A DNA stretch of 32,000 bases from Delftia acidovorans NBRC 14950 (GTDB taxonomy: Bacteria > Pseudomonadota > Gammaproteobacteria > Burkholderiales > Burkholderiaceae_C), in assembly GCF_001598795.1 (NCBI RefSeq), contig NZ_BCZP01000010.1, positions 150,001 to 182,000 on the forward strand, written 5' to 3'. A program made the position numbers and the translations under genes. Shown piece after piece: positions 19,478 through 28,299 of the stretch (positions are counted from its first letter, which is position 1; each line of letters opens with the position of its first letter). A model generated the notes under the pieces. That model ran no database searches. It worked only from the letters and a program-made list of their open reading frames with translations, and was not told the DNA's origin.

Positions 19478-21448
19478 ATGGGCTGGGGGCGCCGGTGGTG
19501 CGGCCTGGTGCGGCACTTCGCCCTGGGCCTGGCGGTTCTCCTGTGCAGTAGCTGCGCCTTGGCCCAGGCCTGCCTGCCGCAGATCCTGTCCATCCAGTCC
19601 GCCAAGGCCGCAGGCCTGGGACCGCCGCCCATCGCCAGCGCGGTACGCGACTGGCACAACGTGACCCTGCCCGACCACTGGCTGGACCGCTGGCCCGGCT
19701 ACAGCGGCGCCGTCTGGTACCGCATCGACTGGCAGCGCGGCTGCGCTCACCCCCCTGCCGCTTCTGCCACCGCTCCCACCCCCGCCGATCCCGTGGCGCT
19801 GGCCCTGCACTCCATGGTCATGGCCGGCGAGGTCTTCGTGAACGGCGACCTGCTGTGGCGCGACCGGCACCTGGTCGAGCCCCTGTCGCGCAGCTGGAAC
19901 ATGCCGCGCTTTTGGCTGCTGCCCGAATCCGCCCTGCATGCGGGCACCAACAGCGTGTGGATCCGCGTGCACGGCCTGGCCGAGCAGACGCCGGGCCTGG
20001 GCGAAGTGCGCCTGGGCGAGCCCGAGGCGCTGCGCCAGTGGCACGAGCAGACCTGGTGGAACCAGCGCACGCTGTTTGCCATGAACATCGTGGTCTCGCT
20101 GGTGCTGGGCGTGCTGTTCGCCTTTGCCTGGCTGCAGCGGCGCGCCAGCAAGGCCTTTGGCTGGTACGCGCTCAATGCCTTCTGCTGGGCGCTGTTCCTG
20201 GCCAATATCCTGGCCACCGAGGCCTGGCCCTTCCCCGACACCCTGGCCGTGGCACGCGGCAATTTGCTGGTCTTTTTGCTGTTCGGCCAGAGCTTTTGCC
20301 TGTTCACCTGGCGCTTCGGCAGGCTGCACCTGCCCCGGCTGGAAAAGCTGCTGTGGGCGCTGACGCTGGCCGGCATGGCCGCCGCCATCTTCGCGCCCTG
20401 GTCGCTGGTGGACGGCGTGCTGCACATCGGCCTGGTGTACTTCGGCATCTGCGTGGCCGTGTCGCTGCACTTTCCGCTGCACGCCTGGCGCACGCGCGAG
20501 CCGGGCCACCTGGTCTATGCAGCCTGCCTGCTGGTCTTCCTGTGCGCGGGCCTGCACGACATGCTGGCGCTCAAGAAGGTGATTGGCCCCGCCACGCCCT
20601 GGATGCCCTATACCGCGCCGCTGACCATGCTGGCCCTGTCCATGGTGCTGGGCCGGCAGTTCGTGCTCAGCATGCGCCGCATCGAACAGTTCAACCAGGA
20701 GCTGACCGACAGCGTGGCACGTGCCTGCGACGAGCTCGGCGGCACGCTGGCGCGCGAGCATGCGCTGGCGCTCAGCCACTCGCGGCTGCAGGAACGGATG
20801 CAGCTGGCGCACGACCTGCACGACAGCCTGGGCGGCTCCCTGGTGCGCTCCATCGCCATGGTGGAGCAGGCGGGTGGCCCCATGCACAACCGCCAGTTCC
20901 TGTCCGTGCTCAAGCTGCTGCGCGACGACCTGCGCCAGATGATCGACAGCGGCACCAGCGTCTCCGTCACCGTGCCGGACACACCCCAGGCCTGGATCGC
21001 GCCGCTGCGCCACCGCTTTGCCAGCCTGTTCGACGCGCTGGACATGCAGTCCGACTGGCAGGTACCTGCCGCCTGGCCGCAGCCGCCCGGTGCGCTGCAG
21101 TGCCTGGCGCTGACGCGCGTGCTGGAGGAAGCGCTGGCCAATGTGATCAAGCACAGCCGCGCCCAGTGCGTGCAGGTGCAGCTGCAGTGGCCCGAGCCGC
21201 ATTGGCTGATGCTGCGCATCACCGACGACGGCGCAGGCTTTGACGTGGCCGCCGTGCAGCAGGCCGGCATGGGCGTGGGCCTGCGCAGCATGCAGGCGCG
21301 CCTGCAGCGCCTGGGCGGCCATCTGGACATGGATTCAGAGCCCGGCGCCACCGTGCTGGCCGCCTGGCTGCCCGTGCCCGGCGATCACCTGCACGACGGC
21401 ACGGAGCAGGCCACCCTCAGCGGGAAAAGCGCCCTATCCCCGCACTGA
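19478..21448 (+). CDS. 7TMR-DISM-type sensor histidine kinase (HisKA_3 / HATPase_c)
   Basis: A signal peptide is followed by a periplasmic domain (WHNVTLPDHW...GAVWYRIDW...VFVNGDLLW) resembling the 7TMR-DISMED2 carbohydrate-binding-like domain. Seven hydrophobic helices come next. The H-box is LAHDLHDSLGGSL, the N-box LEEALANVIKHS, with G-boxes DDGAGF and GMGVGLRSM. It starts 5 nt after the response regulator stop and is the lower part of track ORF 18596..21448. Confidence 0.88.
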   Translation: MGWGRRWCGLVRHFALGLAVLLCSSCALAQACLPQILSIQSAKAAGLGPPPIASAVRDWHNVTLPDHWLDRWPGYSGAVWYRIDWQRGCAHPPAASATAPTPADPVALALHSMVMAGEVFVNGDLLWRDRHLVEPLSRSWNMPRFWLLPESALHAGTNSVWIRVHGLAEQTPGLGEVRLGEPEALRQWHEQTWWNQRTLFAMNIVVSLVLGVLFAFAWLQRRASKAFGWYALNAFCWALFLANILATEAWPFPDTLAVARGNLLVFLLFGQSFCLFTWRFGRLHLPRLEKLLWALTLAGMAAAIFAPWSLVDGVLHIGLVYFGICVAVSLHFPLHAWRTREPGHLVYAACLLVFLCAGLHDMLALKKVIGPATPWMPYTAPLTMLALSMVLGRQFVLSMRRIEQFNQELTDSVARACDELGGTLAREHALALSHSRLQERMQLAHDLHDSLGGSLVRSIAMVEQAGGPMHNRQFLSVLKLLRDDLRQMIDSGTSVSVTVPDTPQAWIAPLRHRFASLFDALDMQSDWQVPAAWPQPPGALQCLALTRVLEEALANVIKHSRAQCVQVQLQWPEPHWLMLRITDDGAGFDVAAVQQAGMGVGLRSMQARLQRLGGHLDMDSEPGATVLAAWLPVPGDHLHDGTEQATLSGKSALSPH

Positions 21449-22976
21449 CGCCGGCCGGCGTCAGCACATCGTCGAAATACTCCAGCGTGAGCTGGTTGCC
21501 GTCGAACGTGGCCTTGGACAGGCTGCCCGGCGAATCGCCCTCGGGCACGAAGCTGAAGACCTCGCCATCCCAGTGGCTGAGCAGCATGCGCTGCGAACCC
21601 AGGCTGACCTGCAGTCCACCGCCACCCGTCTGCAGGCTGACCTGGGCCGGCCCGTAGAAGCGGTTGGCGTAGCTGCCCACATAGGCGCCCAGCGGCCGGG
21701 GCGGTCGGGGGAAAGGGGGCCGGGTCTTGCCTGCCAGCTCGCCGTGCGGCTGCATGATGGGTGCCAGCCGCTTGGTCCAGATGCTCTCCCAGTCCTGGCG
21801 CTGGCGGCCCCATTCGACCTGGTCCAGGAACTGCGAGACCACGATCTCGGGCACGCCGATGGGCATGCCGTTGGTCAGCACCACGATGCCCAGCTTGAGC
21901 TCGGGCATGACGGTGAAGCTGGTCGCGCTGCCCGTGCCGAAGGCACCCGAGTGGCTGTAGGTGGTGCGCCCCGCCTCGGACACGCCCACGTTGAAGCCGA
22001 AGCCGTAGTAGCGCGCAGGCTCGCCGTTGCCGGCCGGCGACTGCAGCATCTGCGGCGACAGCGCCGTGCGCAGCGCCTGCGCATCGACCACCTGGCGGCC
22101 CTCGAAGCGGCCCTCGTCCAGCAGCATGGTCATCCAGCGCGCCATGTCGCGCACCGTGGAGCTGACGCCGCCGGCGGCCGACTGCGCATCGGGCCGGCGC
22201 ACCGGCCCCGTCTGCCACACGCCGTTGACGCGCAGGTGGCCGGCCGCGCGGTTGGCGCGCGCCTCGAAATCGGCAAACAGCGAGCTGGTCTGCGTCATGC
22301 CCAGCGGGCCGTAGACGGCCTGCTGCGACAGCGCGGCCCAGGACTGGCCCGCGATGGCAGCCACCGCCTCGGCGCCCGTGGTCAGGCCGAAGTTGCTGTA
22401 GGCGTACTGGGTGCCCACGGGCCGCAGCGGCAGGTAGCGCAGTCGCTCCAGGATCTGGCGCTGGCTGTAGCCCAGCTCCTCCAGCGCATCGCCGGCCTGG
22501 CCGGGCAGGCCCGAGCGGTGGGCATACATGTCGCCCACGGTGATGCGCTGGGCCGCGTCGGCATCCTCCAGCGTCCACCAGGGCAGGCCCTGCTGCACGC
22601 GCGTGTCCCAGGACACGCGGCGCTGGCCCACCTGCTGCGCCACCACGGTGGCGCCCACGGACTTGGAGACGGAGGCGAGCTGGAACACCGTGTCCGCATC
22701 CACGGCCAGCGACGAGCCCAGACGGCGCACGCCCATGCCCTGGGCATAGACCAGGCGGCCTTCATGCACCACCGCCACGGCCACGCCGGGCACGCCCGTG
22801 CGCCGCATCTGCGCGCGCACCTGGCCGTCGAGTTGATCGAGCGCACGCTTGACGCGGTCCGTCACGGGCGGATCGATGGGATCGCCCCAGGACACCTCGC
22901 CGTTGCATCCGGCCGTGGCCACGGCGCCCAGGGCCGCTCCCAGAAAATGCCGGCGCGCAAGAATCGATGAAGCCAT
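21417..22976 (-). CDS. Beta-lactamase-family (class C / DD-peptidase-like) serine hydrolase with twin-arginine signal, possibly a lipoprotein
   Basis: MASSILARRHFLGAALGAVATAGC combines an RR motif with a lipobox-like AGC. The protein carries SxxK (SVSK), YxN (YAYSNFG) and HSG motifs, plus an extra ~120-aa C-terminal domain. GGAGA lies upstream of the ATG at 22976. It is in frame with track ORF 21417..23096. Confidence 0.88.
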   Translation of the reverse strand: MASSILARRHFLGAALGAVATAGCNGEVSWGDPIDPPVTDRVKRALDQLDGQVRAQMRRTGVPGVAVAVVHEGRLVYAQGMGVRRLGSSLAVDADTVFQLASVSKSVGATVVAQQVGQRRVSWDTRVQQGLPWWTLEDADAAQRITVGDMYAHRSGLPGQAGDALEELGYSQRQILERLRYLPLRPVGTQYAYSNFGLTTGAEAVAAIAGQSWAALSQQAVYGPLGMTQTSSLFADFEARANRAAGHLRVNGVWQTGPVRRPDAQSAAGGVSSTVRDMARWMTMLLDEGRFEGRQVVDAQALRTALSPQMLQSPAGNGEPARYYGFGFNVGVSEAGRTTYSHSGAFGTGSATSFTVMPELKLGIVVLTNGMPIGVPEIVVSQFLDQVEWGRQRQDWESIWTKRLAPIMQPHGELAGKTRPPFPRPPRPLGAYVGSYANRFYGPAQVSLQTGGGGLQVSLGSQRMLLSHWDGEVFSFVPEGDSPGSLSKATFDGNQLTLEYFDDVLTPAGVSAGIGRFSR

Positions 22977-23003
22977 GGGGTCTCCTGTGGTGCTGTCGTG
23001 AAG

Positions 23004-23042
23004 AACAAAAGGAAAAAGAAAAAGGGGCGGTTGTGCCGCCCC
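23004..23042 (-). terminator. Rho-independent terminator of mnmA
   Basis: Read on the minus strand: GGGGCGG-cacaa-CCGCCCC (23024-23042), followed by UUUUUCUUUUUCCUUUUG (complement of 23004-23023). It lies ~75 nt after the mnmA stop. An extra 8-bp hairpin CGCCGGGC/GCCCGGCG sits at 23062-23085. Confidence 0.75.
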
Positions 23043-23117
23043 CCGTGACGATAGCAAAACGCGCCGGGCCGAATCCTGCCCGGCGTCAATCCGCATCAGT
23101 GCCGCGTCAGTGCTGCA

Positions 23118-24236
23118 TCAGTGCGGATCCACTGCCGCGATGATGCCGCCGCCCAGGCACACGTCGCCGTCGTAGAGCACGGCCGACTGGCCGGGCGTGA
23201 CGGCCCATTGCGGCTCGGGAAAATCCAGCCGGAAGCCTTCGGGCGTGGCGCCCGAGACCAGGGCCGGCGAGTCGGGCTGGCGGTAGCGCGTCTTGGAGCC
23301 GTAGGCCTTGCCCTCGGCGGGCGCGTGGCCGGCCACCCAGCTGACCTGGTCGGCCAGCAGCGACTGCGACAGCAGCCACGGATGGTCATGGCCCTGCACC
23401 ACGCGCAGCGTGTTGGTGTCCAGCTCCTTGCGCGCCACGAACCAGGGCTCGTGGTCGCCGCCGCCGCGCGGCGCGCCCTTTTCCTTGACGCCGCCGATGC
23501 CCAGGCCCGAGCGCTGGCCCAGCGTGTAGAACGACAGGCCCACATGCTTTCCCAGCTTGCGGTTGCGGTCGTCGAGGATGTTGCCGGGCTCCTTGCTGAT
23601 GTAGCGGTTCAGGAAGTCGCGGAACGGCCGCTCGCCGATGAAGCAGATGCCCGTGGAGTCCTTCTTCTTCGCGTTGGGCAGGCCGATCTCCTCGGCAATG
23701 CGGCGCACCTCGGTCTTCTTCAGTTCGCCCACGGGGAACATGGACTTGGACAGCTGTGCCTGGTTGAGGCGGTGCAGGAAGTAGCTCTGGTCCTTGGCCG
23801 GGTCCAGCCCCTTGAGCAGCTCGAACAGCTGCGTGTCGGGGTTCTGGCGCACGCGGGCGTAGTGGCCCGTGGCGATCTTTTCGGCGCCCAGGCGCATGGC
23901 GTGGTCCAGGAAGGCCTTGAACTTGATCTCGGCATTGCACAGCACGTCGGGGTTGGGCGTGCGGCCGGCCTGGTACTCGCGCAGGAACTCGGCGAAGACG
24001 CGGTCCTTGTACTCGGAGGCGAAGTTCACATGCTCGATCTCGATGCCGACCACGTCGGCCACGGCGGCGGCATCGATGAAATCGACATTGGACGAGCAGT
24101 ATTCGCTGTCGTCGTCATCTTCCCAGTTCTTCATGAAGATGCCGACCACTTCATGGCCCTGTTGCTTGAGGAGATGGGCCGTGACAGCGGAGTCCACACC
24201 GCCCGACAGGCCCACCACGACGCGGTGTTTAGTCAT
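23118..24236 (-). CDS. mnmA: tRNA 2-thiouridine(34) synthase MnmA
   Basis: The protein opens [18 protein letters not shown] with a PP-loop. Further motifs are CNAEIKF, ATGHYAR, KDQSYFL and [11 protein letters not shown]. It is in frame with track ORF 23118..24263. Confidence 0.95.
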   Translation of the reverse strand: MTKHRVVVGLSGGVDSAVTAHLLKQQGHEVVGIFMKNWEDDDDSEYCSSNVDFIDAAAVADVVGIEIEHVNFASEYKDRVFAEFLREYQAGRTPNPDVLCNAEIKFKAFLDHAMRLGAEKIATGHYARVRQNPDTQLFELLKGLDPAKDQSYFLHRLNQAQLSKSMFPVGELKKTEVRRIAEEIGLPNAKKKDSTGICFIGERPFRDFLNRYISKEPGNILDDRNRKLGKHVGLSFYTLGQRSGLGIGGVKEKGAPRGGGDHEPWFVARKELDTNTLRVVQGHDHPWLLSQSLLADQVSWVAGHAPAEGKAYGSKTRYRQPDSPALVSGATPEGFRLDFPEPQWAVTPGQSAVLYDGDVCLGGGIIAAVDPH

Positions 24237-24338
24237 GGCAGCGATTATCCCCGCGCCCTTCAAAGGCTGCGCGCCACGGGCTTTGCAGCCCTGCGCCAGC
24301 AGGAATAATGGCCCTCTTGCCCCCTAGGAAACGCCCGC

Positions 24339-25265
24339 ATGCGCTACGACCTGACCGATCTGAAGCTGTTCATGGCCATCGCCCAGGCCGGCAATCTCTC
24401 GCGTGCCAGCCAGGCGCGGCACCTGACGCCCTCGGCCGCCAGCCAGCGCCTGCGCAACCTGGAGCAGGCCCTGGGCTGCCAGCTGTTCACGCGCGAGCAC
24501 AAGGGCATGCGGCTGACCGAGGAAGGCCACGCCATGCTCGAGCATGCGCGCGGCGTGTTCGCTGCCATCGACGGCATGGAGGCCGAGGCCGCCCTGCTGG
24601 GCAGCAGCCTGCAGGGCAAGGCAACGCTGGCGGCCAACAGCTCCTCGCTGCACGGCTTCATCGGCCCGCACATCGGCGAGTTCCTGACCGCCTTTCCCGA
24701 GGTGAACCTCACCCTGGTGGAGCAGACCAGCGAGACGATTGCCGCCAGCGTGGCCGAGGGCGAGGCCGACCTGGGCGTCTACGCGGGCGAGCCCATGGCG
24801 GGCGCCGTGGCCTGCGAAACCTTTGCGCTGGACCGCCTGGTGGTGATTGCCCCGCCCGGCCATCCGCTGGTGCCCCAGCCGGGCGAGAGGCCAGAGGACG
24901 GCGAAGGCCCTTCCTGCCGGTTCTTCGACACCCTGTCCCATGCCTTCGTGGGCATGGCGCTGACCAGCAGCAACTACGCCTTTCTGCGCGAGCTGGCCAA
25001 GCGCCATGGCCGGCCGCTGCGCTGCCGCATCCACGTGGACGATTTCACCTCCATCGTGCGGCTGGTCTCGCAGGGTGTGGGCCTGGCCATCATTCCGCAC
25101 AGCATCTACCGTAGGCTCGGCACCGCGCATGCGGTGGCCTGCCTGTCGCTGGAGGAAACCTGGGCACGGCGCCCGCTGCAGCTGGTGCGCTCCAGCGAAC
25201 GGCCGCTGACGCCCACCGCGCAGCGGCTGCGCAGCTTTCTGAAAGGGCTGGCCGACAAGGCCTAG
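24339..25265 (+). CDS. LysR-family transcriptional regulator
   Basis: The N-terminal wHTH reads LKLFMAIAQAGNLSRASQARHLTPSAASQRLRNLEQALGCQLFTR, followed by a substrate-binding domain. 308 aa. Confidence 0.92.
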   Translation: MRYDLTDLKLFMAIAQAGNLSRASQARHLTPSAASQRLRNLEQALGCQLFTREHKGMRLTEEGHAMLEHARGVFAAIDGMEAEAALLGSSLQGKATLAANSSSLHGFIGPHIGEFLTAFPEVNLTLVEQTSETIAASVAEGEADLGVYAGEPMAGAVACETFALDRLVVIAPPGHPLVPQPGERPEDGEGPSCRFFDTLSHAFVGMALTSSNYAFLRELAKRHGRPLRCRIHVDDFTSIVRLVSQGVGLAIIPHSIYRRLGTAHAVACLSLEETWARRPLQLVRSSERPLTPTAQRLRSFLKGLADKA

Positions 25266-25267
25266 GT

Positions 25268-26050
25268 TCAGGGCTGGGGCTGGGCTTGGGCCTTGGCCTG
25301 CTTGCGCTCCAGGAAGGCATTCATGTGGTGCTGCGGCTCGCCCGTGTTGAAGGCCGCGCCGAACTCGGCCACGCTGTCGGTGATGGCCGAGTCCACGCCC
25401 ATGCCCTCCCAGCGGCGCAGCAGGCGCTTTTGCTGGCGCAGCGCCTCAATGCCGATCCCGCCCAGCCCCTCGGCAATCTGCGCGATGCGCGCATCGAGCT
25501 GGTCGCCGGGCACGCATTCGTTGAGCAGGCCCCAGCGCTCGGCCTGCAGGGCGCCGATGTTCTCGCCCGTGAGCAGCAGCCAGCTGGCGCGCGTGCCGCC
25601 GATCTGCGCGGGCATCATGGCCGCGTGGATCACCGAGGGAATGCCGACCTTGACCTCGGGCATGCCCACCACGGCATCATCGGCCGCGATGCGCAGGTCG
25701 GCCGCCATGGCCAGCTCCAGCCCGCCGCCCAGCGTATGGCCCTGCAGCCGGGCGATCACGGGCACGGGGAAATGCCGCACCGCGTTGCACAGGTCGCGCA
25801 GCCCGCTGATGAAGGCGCGTGCCGAGGCGGCGTTGAGCGACGCCATCTCGCGGATGTCCGCCCCCGCAACGAAGGCGCGCGTGCCCGATCCGCGCAGCAC
25901 CAGGCAGTGCAGATCAGGGCGCTCGGCCAGCTCGGCCAATTGCGCGGTCAGCGCGCGGATCACGGGCGTGCCCAGGATGTTCAGCGGCCCGCCGCCGGTG
26001 ATGGTGAGCACGGCGGTCTGCGGGGTGGGAAAGGTCACTTGTGCATGCAC
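25268..26050 (-). CDS. Enoyl-CoA hydratase/isomerase (crotonase) family protein
   Basis: Crotonase motifs are FVAGADIREM and GHTLGGGLELAMAADLRIA. I prefer the GVG... correction: the GTG start at 26050, which is preceded by AGGAGA at 6 nt; the track's TTG at 26065 would overlap the upstream gene. Confidence 0.88.
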   Translation of the reverse strand: MHAQVTFPTPQTAVLTITGGGPLNILGTPVIRALTAQLAELAERPDLHCLVLRGSGTRAFVAGADIREMASLNAASARAFISGLRDLCNAVRHFPVPVIARLQGHTLGGGLELAMAADLRIAADDAVVGMPEVKVGIPSVIHAAMMPAQIGGTRASWLLLTGENIGALQAERWGLLNECVPGDQLDARIAQIAEGLGGIGIEALRQQKRLLRRWEGMGVDSAITDSVAEFGAAFNTGEPQHHMNAFLERKQAKAQAQPQP

Positions 26051-26061
26051 GGCAGATCTCC

Positions 26062-27066
26062 TCAAAGTTTCTCGAATCCGATGTCGCGGATCAGTTGGGA
26101 CCAGGCGCGGTTGGAGCGCTCCACCGTCTGCCTGAACTGCGCAGGCTCCTGGAAGTCCACGACGGCGCCCTGCTGCTCGATGGTCTTGATCAGCTCGGGC
26201 TTTTGCAAGGTCTTGCGCATGGCTTCGCTGAGCCTGGCAAGAATGGCGGGATCGAGCCTGGCAGGCGCGCCCAGGCCGTACCAGGACATGTCGTTCATGG
26301 GCTTGAGACCGGCCTCGGCATAGGTGGGCACGCCGGGCAGGGCCGGCAGGCGCACGGGGCTGGACACGGCCAGGGCACGCAGCTGGCCGCCTGCGATCAG
26401 CGCGCCCGAGGACGGCATGTTGTCGAACACCACATCGAGCTGCCCCGCCATCAGGTCGTTGAGCGCCGGCCCCAGGCCCTTGTAGGGCACATGGGTGAGG
26501 GTGGTGCCCGTGGTGCTGCCGAACAGCGCACCGCTCAGGTGGCTGAGCCCGCCATTGCCCGAGGAGCCGTAGTTGAGCCGGCCCGGCGCGGCGCGCGCCG
26601 CGTCGCTCACATCCTTGGCGCTCTTGTAGGCCGAGCCTGCGCTGACCACCATCACGCCCGGCACATTGGCGATGTTGGTGATGGGGGTGAAGTCCTTCAC
26701 GGGGTCATACGCGGGCTTGGCGTAGACGTTGGGATTCACGGCATGCGAGCTCTCCACCATCATCACCAGGGTGTAGCCGTCGGCCGGCTGCTTGGCCGCA
26801 TAGGCCGAGCCCGTGCTGCCGCCCGCGCCGGGGCGGTTTTCCACCACCACGGGCTGGCCCAGCGTCTCGCCCAGGTAGCGGGCCGCCACGCGCGCGATCA
26901 CATCGGTGGCGCCGCCCACCGCATAGGGCACGACCAGGCGTACGGGCCGCTCGGGATAGCTTCCTGCCCCTGCCGCCCCCGCTGCCCCTGCTGCATATGC
27001 CAGCGGCATCCCCGCCAGCGCGGCGGCTGCCACGGCGGCCTTCAGTGCTTTCATGCGTTTCGTCAT
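26062..27066 (-). CDS. Bug/TctC-family periplasmic solute-binding protein (tripartite tricarboxylate transporter receptor)
   Basis: A signal peptide is followed by PVRLVVPYAVGGATDVIARV, VVVENRPGAGGS and HVPYKG, the hallmark Bug family motifs. Confidence 0.92.
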   Translation of the reverse strand: MTKRMKALKAAVAAAALAGMPLAYAAGAAGAAGAGSYPERPVRLVVPYAVGGATDVIARVAARYLGETLGQPVVVENRPGAGGSTGSAYAAKQPADGYTLVMMVESSHAVNPNVYAKPAYDPVKDFTPITNIANVPGVMVVSAGSAYKSAKDVSDAARAAPGRLNYGSSGNGGLSHLSGALFGSTTGTTLTHVPYKGLGPALNDLMAGQLDVVFDNMPSSGALIAGGQLRALAVSSPVRLPALPGVPTYAEAGLKPMNDMSWYGLGAPARLDPAILARLSEAMRKTLQKPELIKTIEQQGAVVDFQEPAQFRQTVERSNRAWSQLIRDIGFEKL

Positions 27067-27102
27067 CCTTGTCTCCTTCTTGGCTTGTCGATGTCTAGGG
27101 AT

Positions 27103-28278
27103 TCAGAGGTCCTGCGGCGCCGCACCGAGCACGGGCGGCGGCGGCACCTGGGCGCCGCTGCCGGCCGGCACCATGGGGTTGCGCACCAGCTTCAGCGTGC
27201 CCAGCTGCGGGTGCTCCACCGTCTGCAGCATCTGGCGGTACCGGACCTGCGGATGGGCGAAGACCTGTTCCATGGTGTTGATGCAGCCCCAGGGCACCTG
27301 GGCGGTGTCCAGCGCATCGGTCAGGGCCTGCAGCGGCCAGCGGCCCAGCGCCGCGCGCAACAGCGGGCGCAGCTGCGGCATGCCGGTCAGGCGCGCGGCA
27401 TTGGTGGCGAAGCGCGCGTCCAGGTGCCAGTCCGTGCCCAGCACGGAGCACAGGGCGGCGAACTGCCCGTCATTGCCGATGGCCAGGATGAAATGCCCGT
27501 CTTCGCAGGCAAACACCTCGTAGGGCGCGCAATTGGGATGGGCGTTGCCCGTGCGGCGCGGGTTCTCGCCGCTGACCAGGTAGTTGGCCGCCTGGTTGGC
27601 ATTCATGGCCACGGCCACGTCCAGCAGCGCCAGGTCGATGTGCTGGCCGCGCCCCGTGCGCTGGCGCTGCACCACGGCCGCCAGCACGGCGCTGGTGGCA
27701 TACATGCCCGTCATCAGGTCCACCACGGCCACGCCCGTGCGCAGCGGGCCCGCGCCCTCCTCGCCATCGGCCACGCCCGTGTAGCCCATGAGGCCGCCCA
27801 GCCCCTGGAACACATAGTCGTAGCCGGGCTTGTGCGCAAAAGGGCCGCTCTGGCCGAAGCCCGTGATCGACAGGTAGATCAGCCCGGGGTTGATCGCGGC
27901 CAGCGCCGCATAGTCCAGGCCGTGGCGCGCCAGCGCGCCGGCCTTGTAGTTTTCCACCAGCACGTCGGCATCGCGGATCTGGCGCAGCAGCCAGGCATGC
28001 GAGGCCGGCTCGGTGAAGTCCAGCGCCACCGACTGCTTGCCGCGGTTGCAGGACAGGAAGTAGGCCGACACGGCCTCGCCACCGGGCGCCTGCACGAAGG
28101 GCGGGCCCCAGGCGCGCGTGTCGTCGCCCGTGCCGGGACGCTCGATCTTGAGCACCGATGCGCCCAGGTCGGCAAGGTTCTGGGTGCACCAGGGTCCCGC
28201 CAGGATGCGGGACAGGTCCACCACGCGCAGGCCGTCGAGGGCGCTGGACAATCCATGGGTTTGTTGCATGGACTCCAT
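27103..28278 (-). CDS. Family III CoA-transferase (CaiB/BaiF/Frc-like)
   Basis: LDGLRVVDLSRILAGPWCTQNLADLGASVLKIERPGTGDDTR, then ENYKAGALARHGLDY and GYDYVFQGLGGLM. 391 aa; the second Met at 28269 is an alternative start. Confidence 0.92.
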   Translation of the reverse strand: MESMQQTHGLSSALDGLRVVDLSRILAGPWCTQNLADLGASVLKIERPGTGDDTRAWGPPFVQAPGGEAVSAYFLSCNRGKQSVALDFTEPASHAWLLRQIRDADVLVENYKAGALARHGLDYAALAAINPGLIYLSITGFGQSGPFAHKPGYDYVFQGLGGLMGYTGVADGEEGAGPLRTGVAVVDLMTGMYATSAVLAAVVQRQRTGRGQHIDLALLDVAVAMNANQAANYLVSGENPRRTGNAHPNCAPYEVFACEDGHFILAIGNDGQFAALCSVLGTDWHLDARFATNAARLTGMPQLRPLLRAALGRWPLQALTDALDTAQVPWGCINTMEQVFAHPQVRYRQMLQTVEHPQLGTLKLVRNPMVPAGSGAQVPPPPVLGAAPQDL

Positions 28279-28299
28279 GCTCGCGGCATGGCGCGCGGT

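Noticed and set aside
19400-21322. 640-aa minus-strand ORF
   Set aside because: It is antisense to the 7TMR-DISM histidine kinase, which has seven TM helices and H/N/G boxes in the plus frame.
21240-22970. 576-aa plus-strand ORF and the 397-aa minus-strand off-frame ORF 21385..22578
   Set aside because: They are shadows of the serine hydrolase gene, whose SxxK / YxN / HSG motifs identify the real frame.
23093-23124. Three TCAGTGC repeats spaced 10-11 nt apart at the mnmA stop region
   Set aside because: They are short and out of phase with each other, and one is simply the mnmA stop context. They are most likely coincidental, with no supporting structure.
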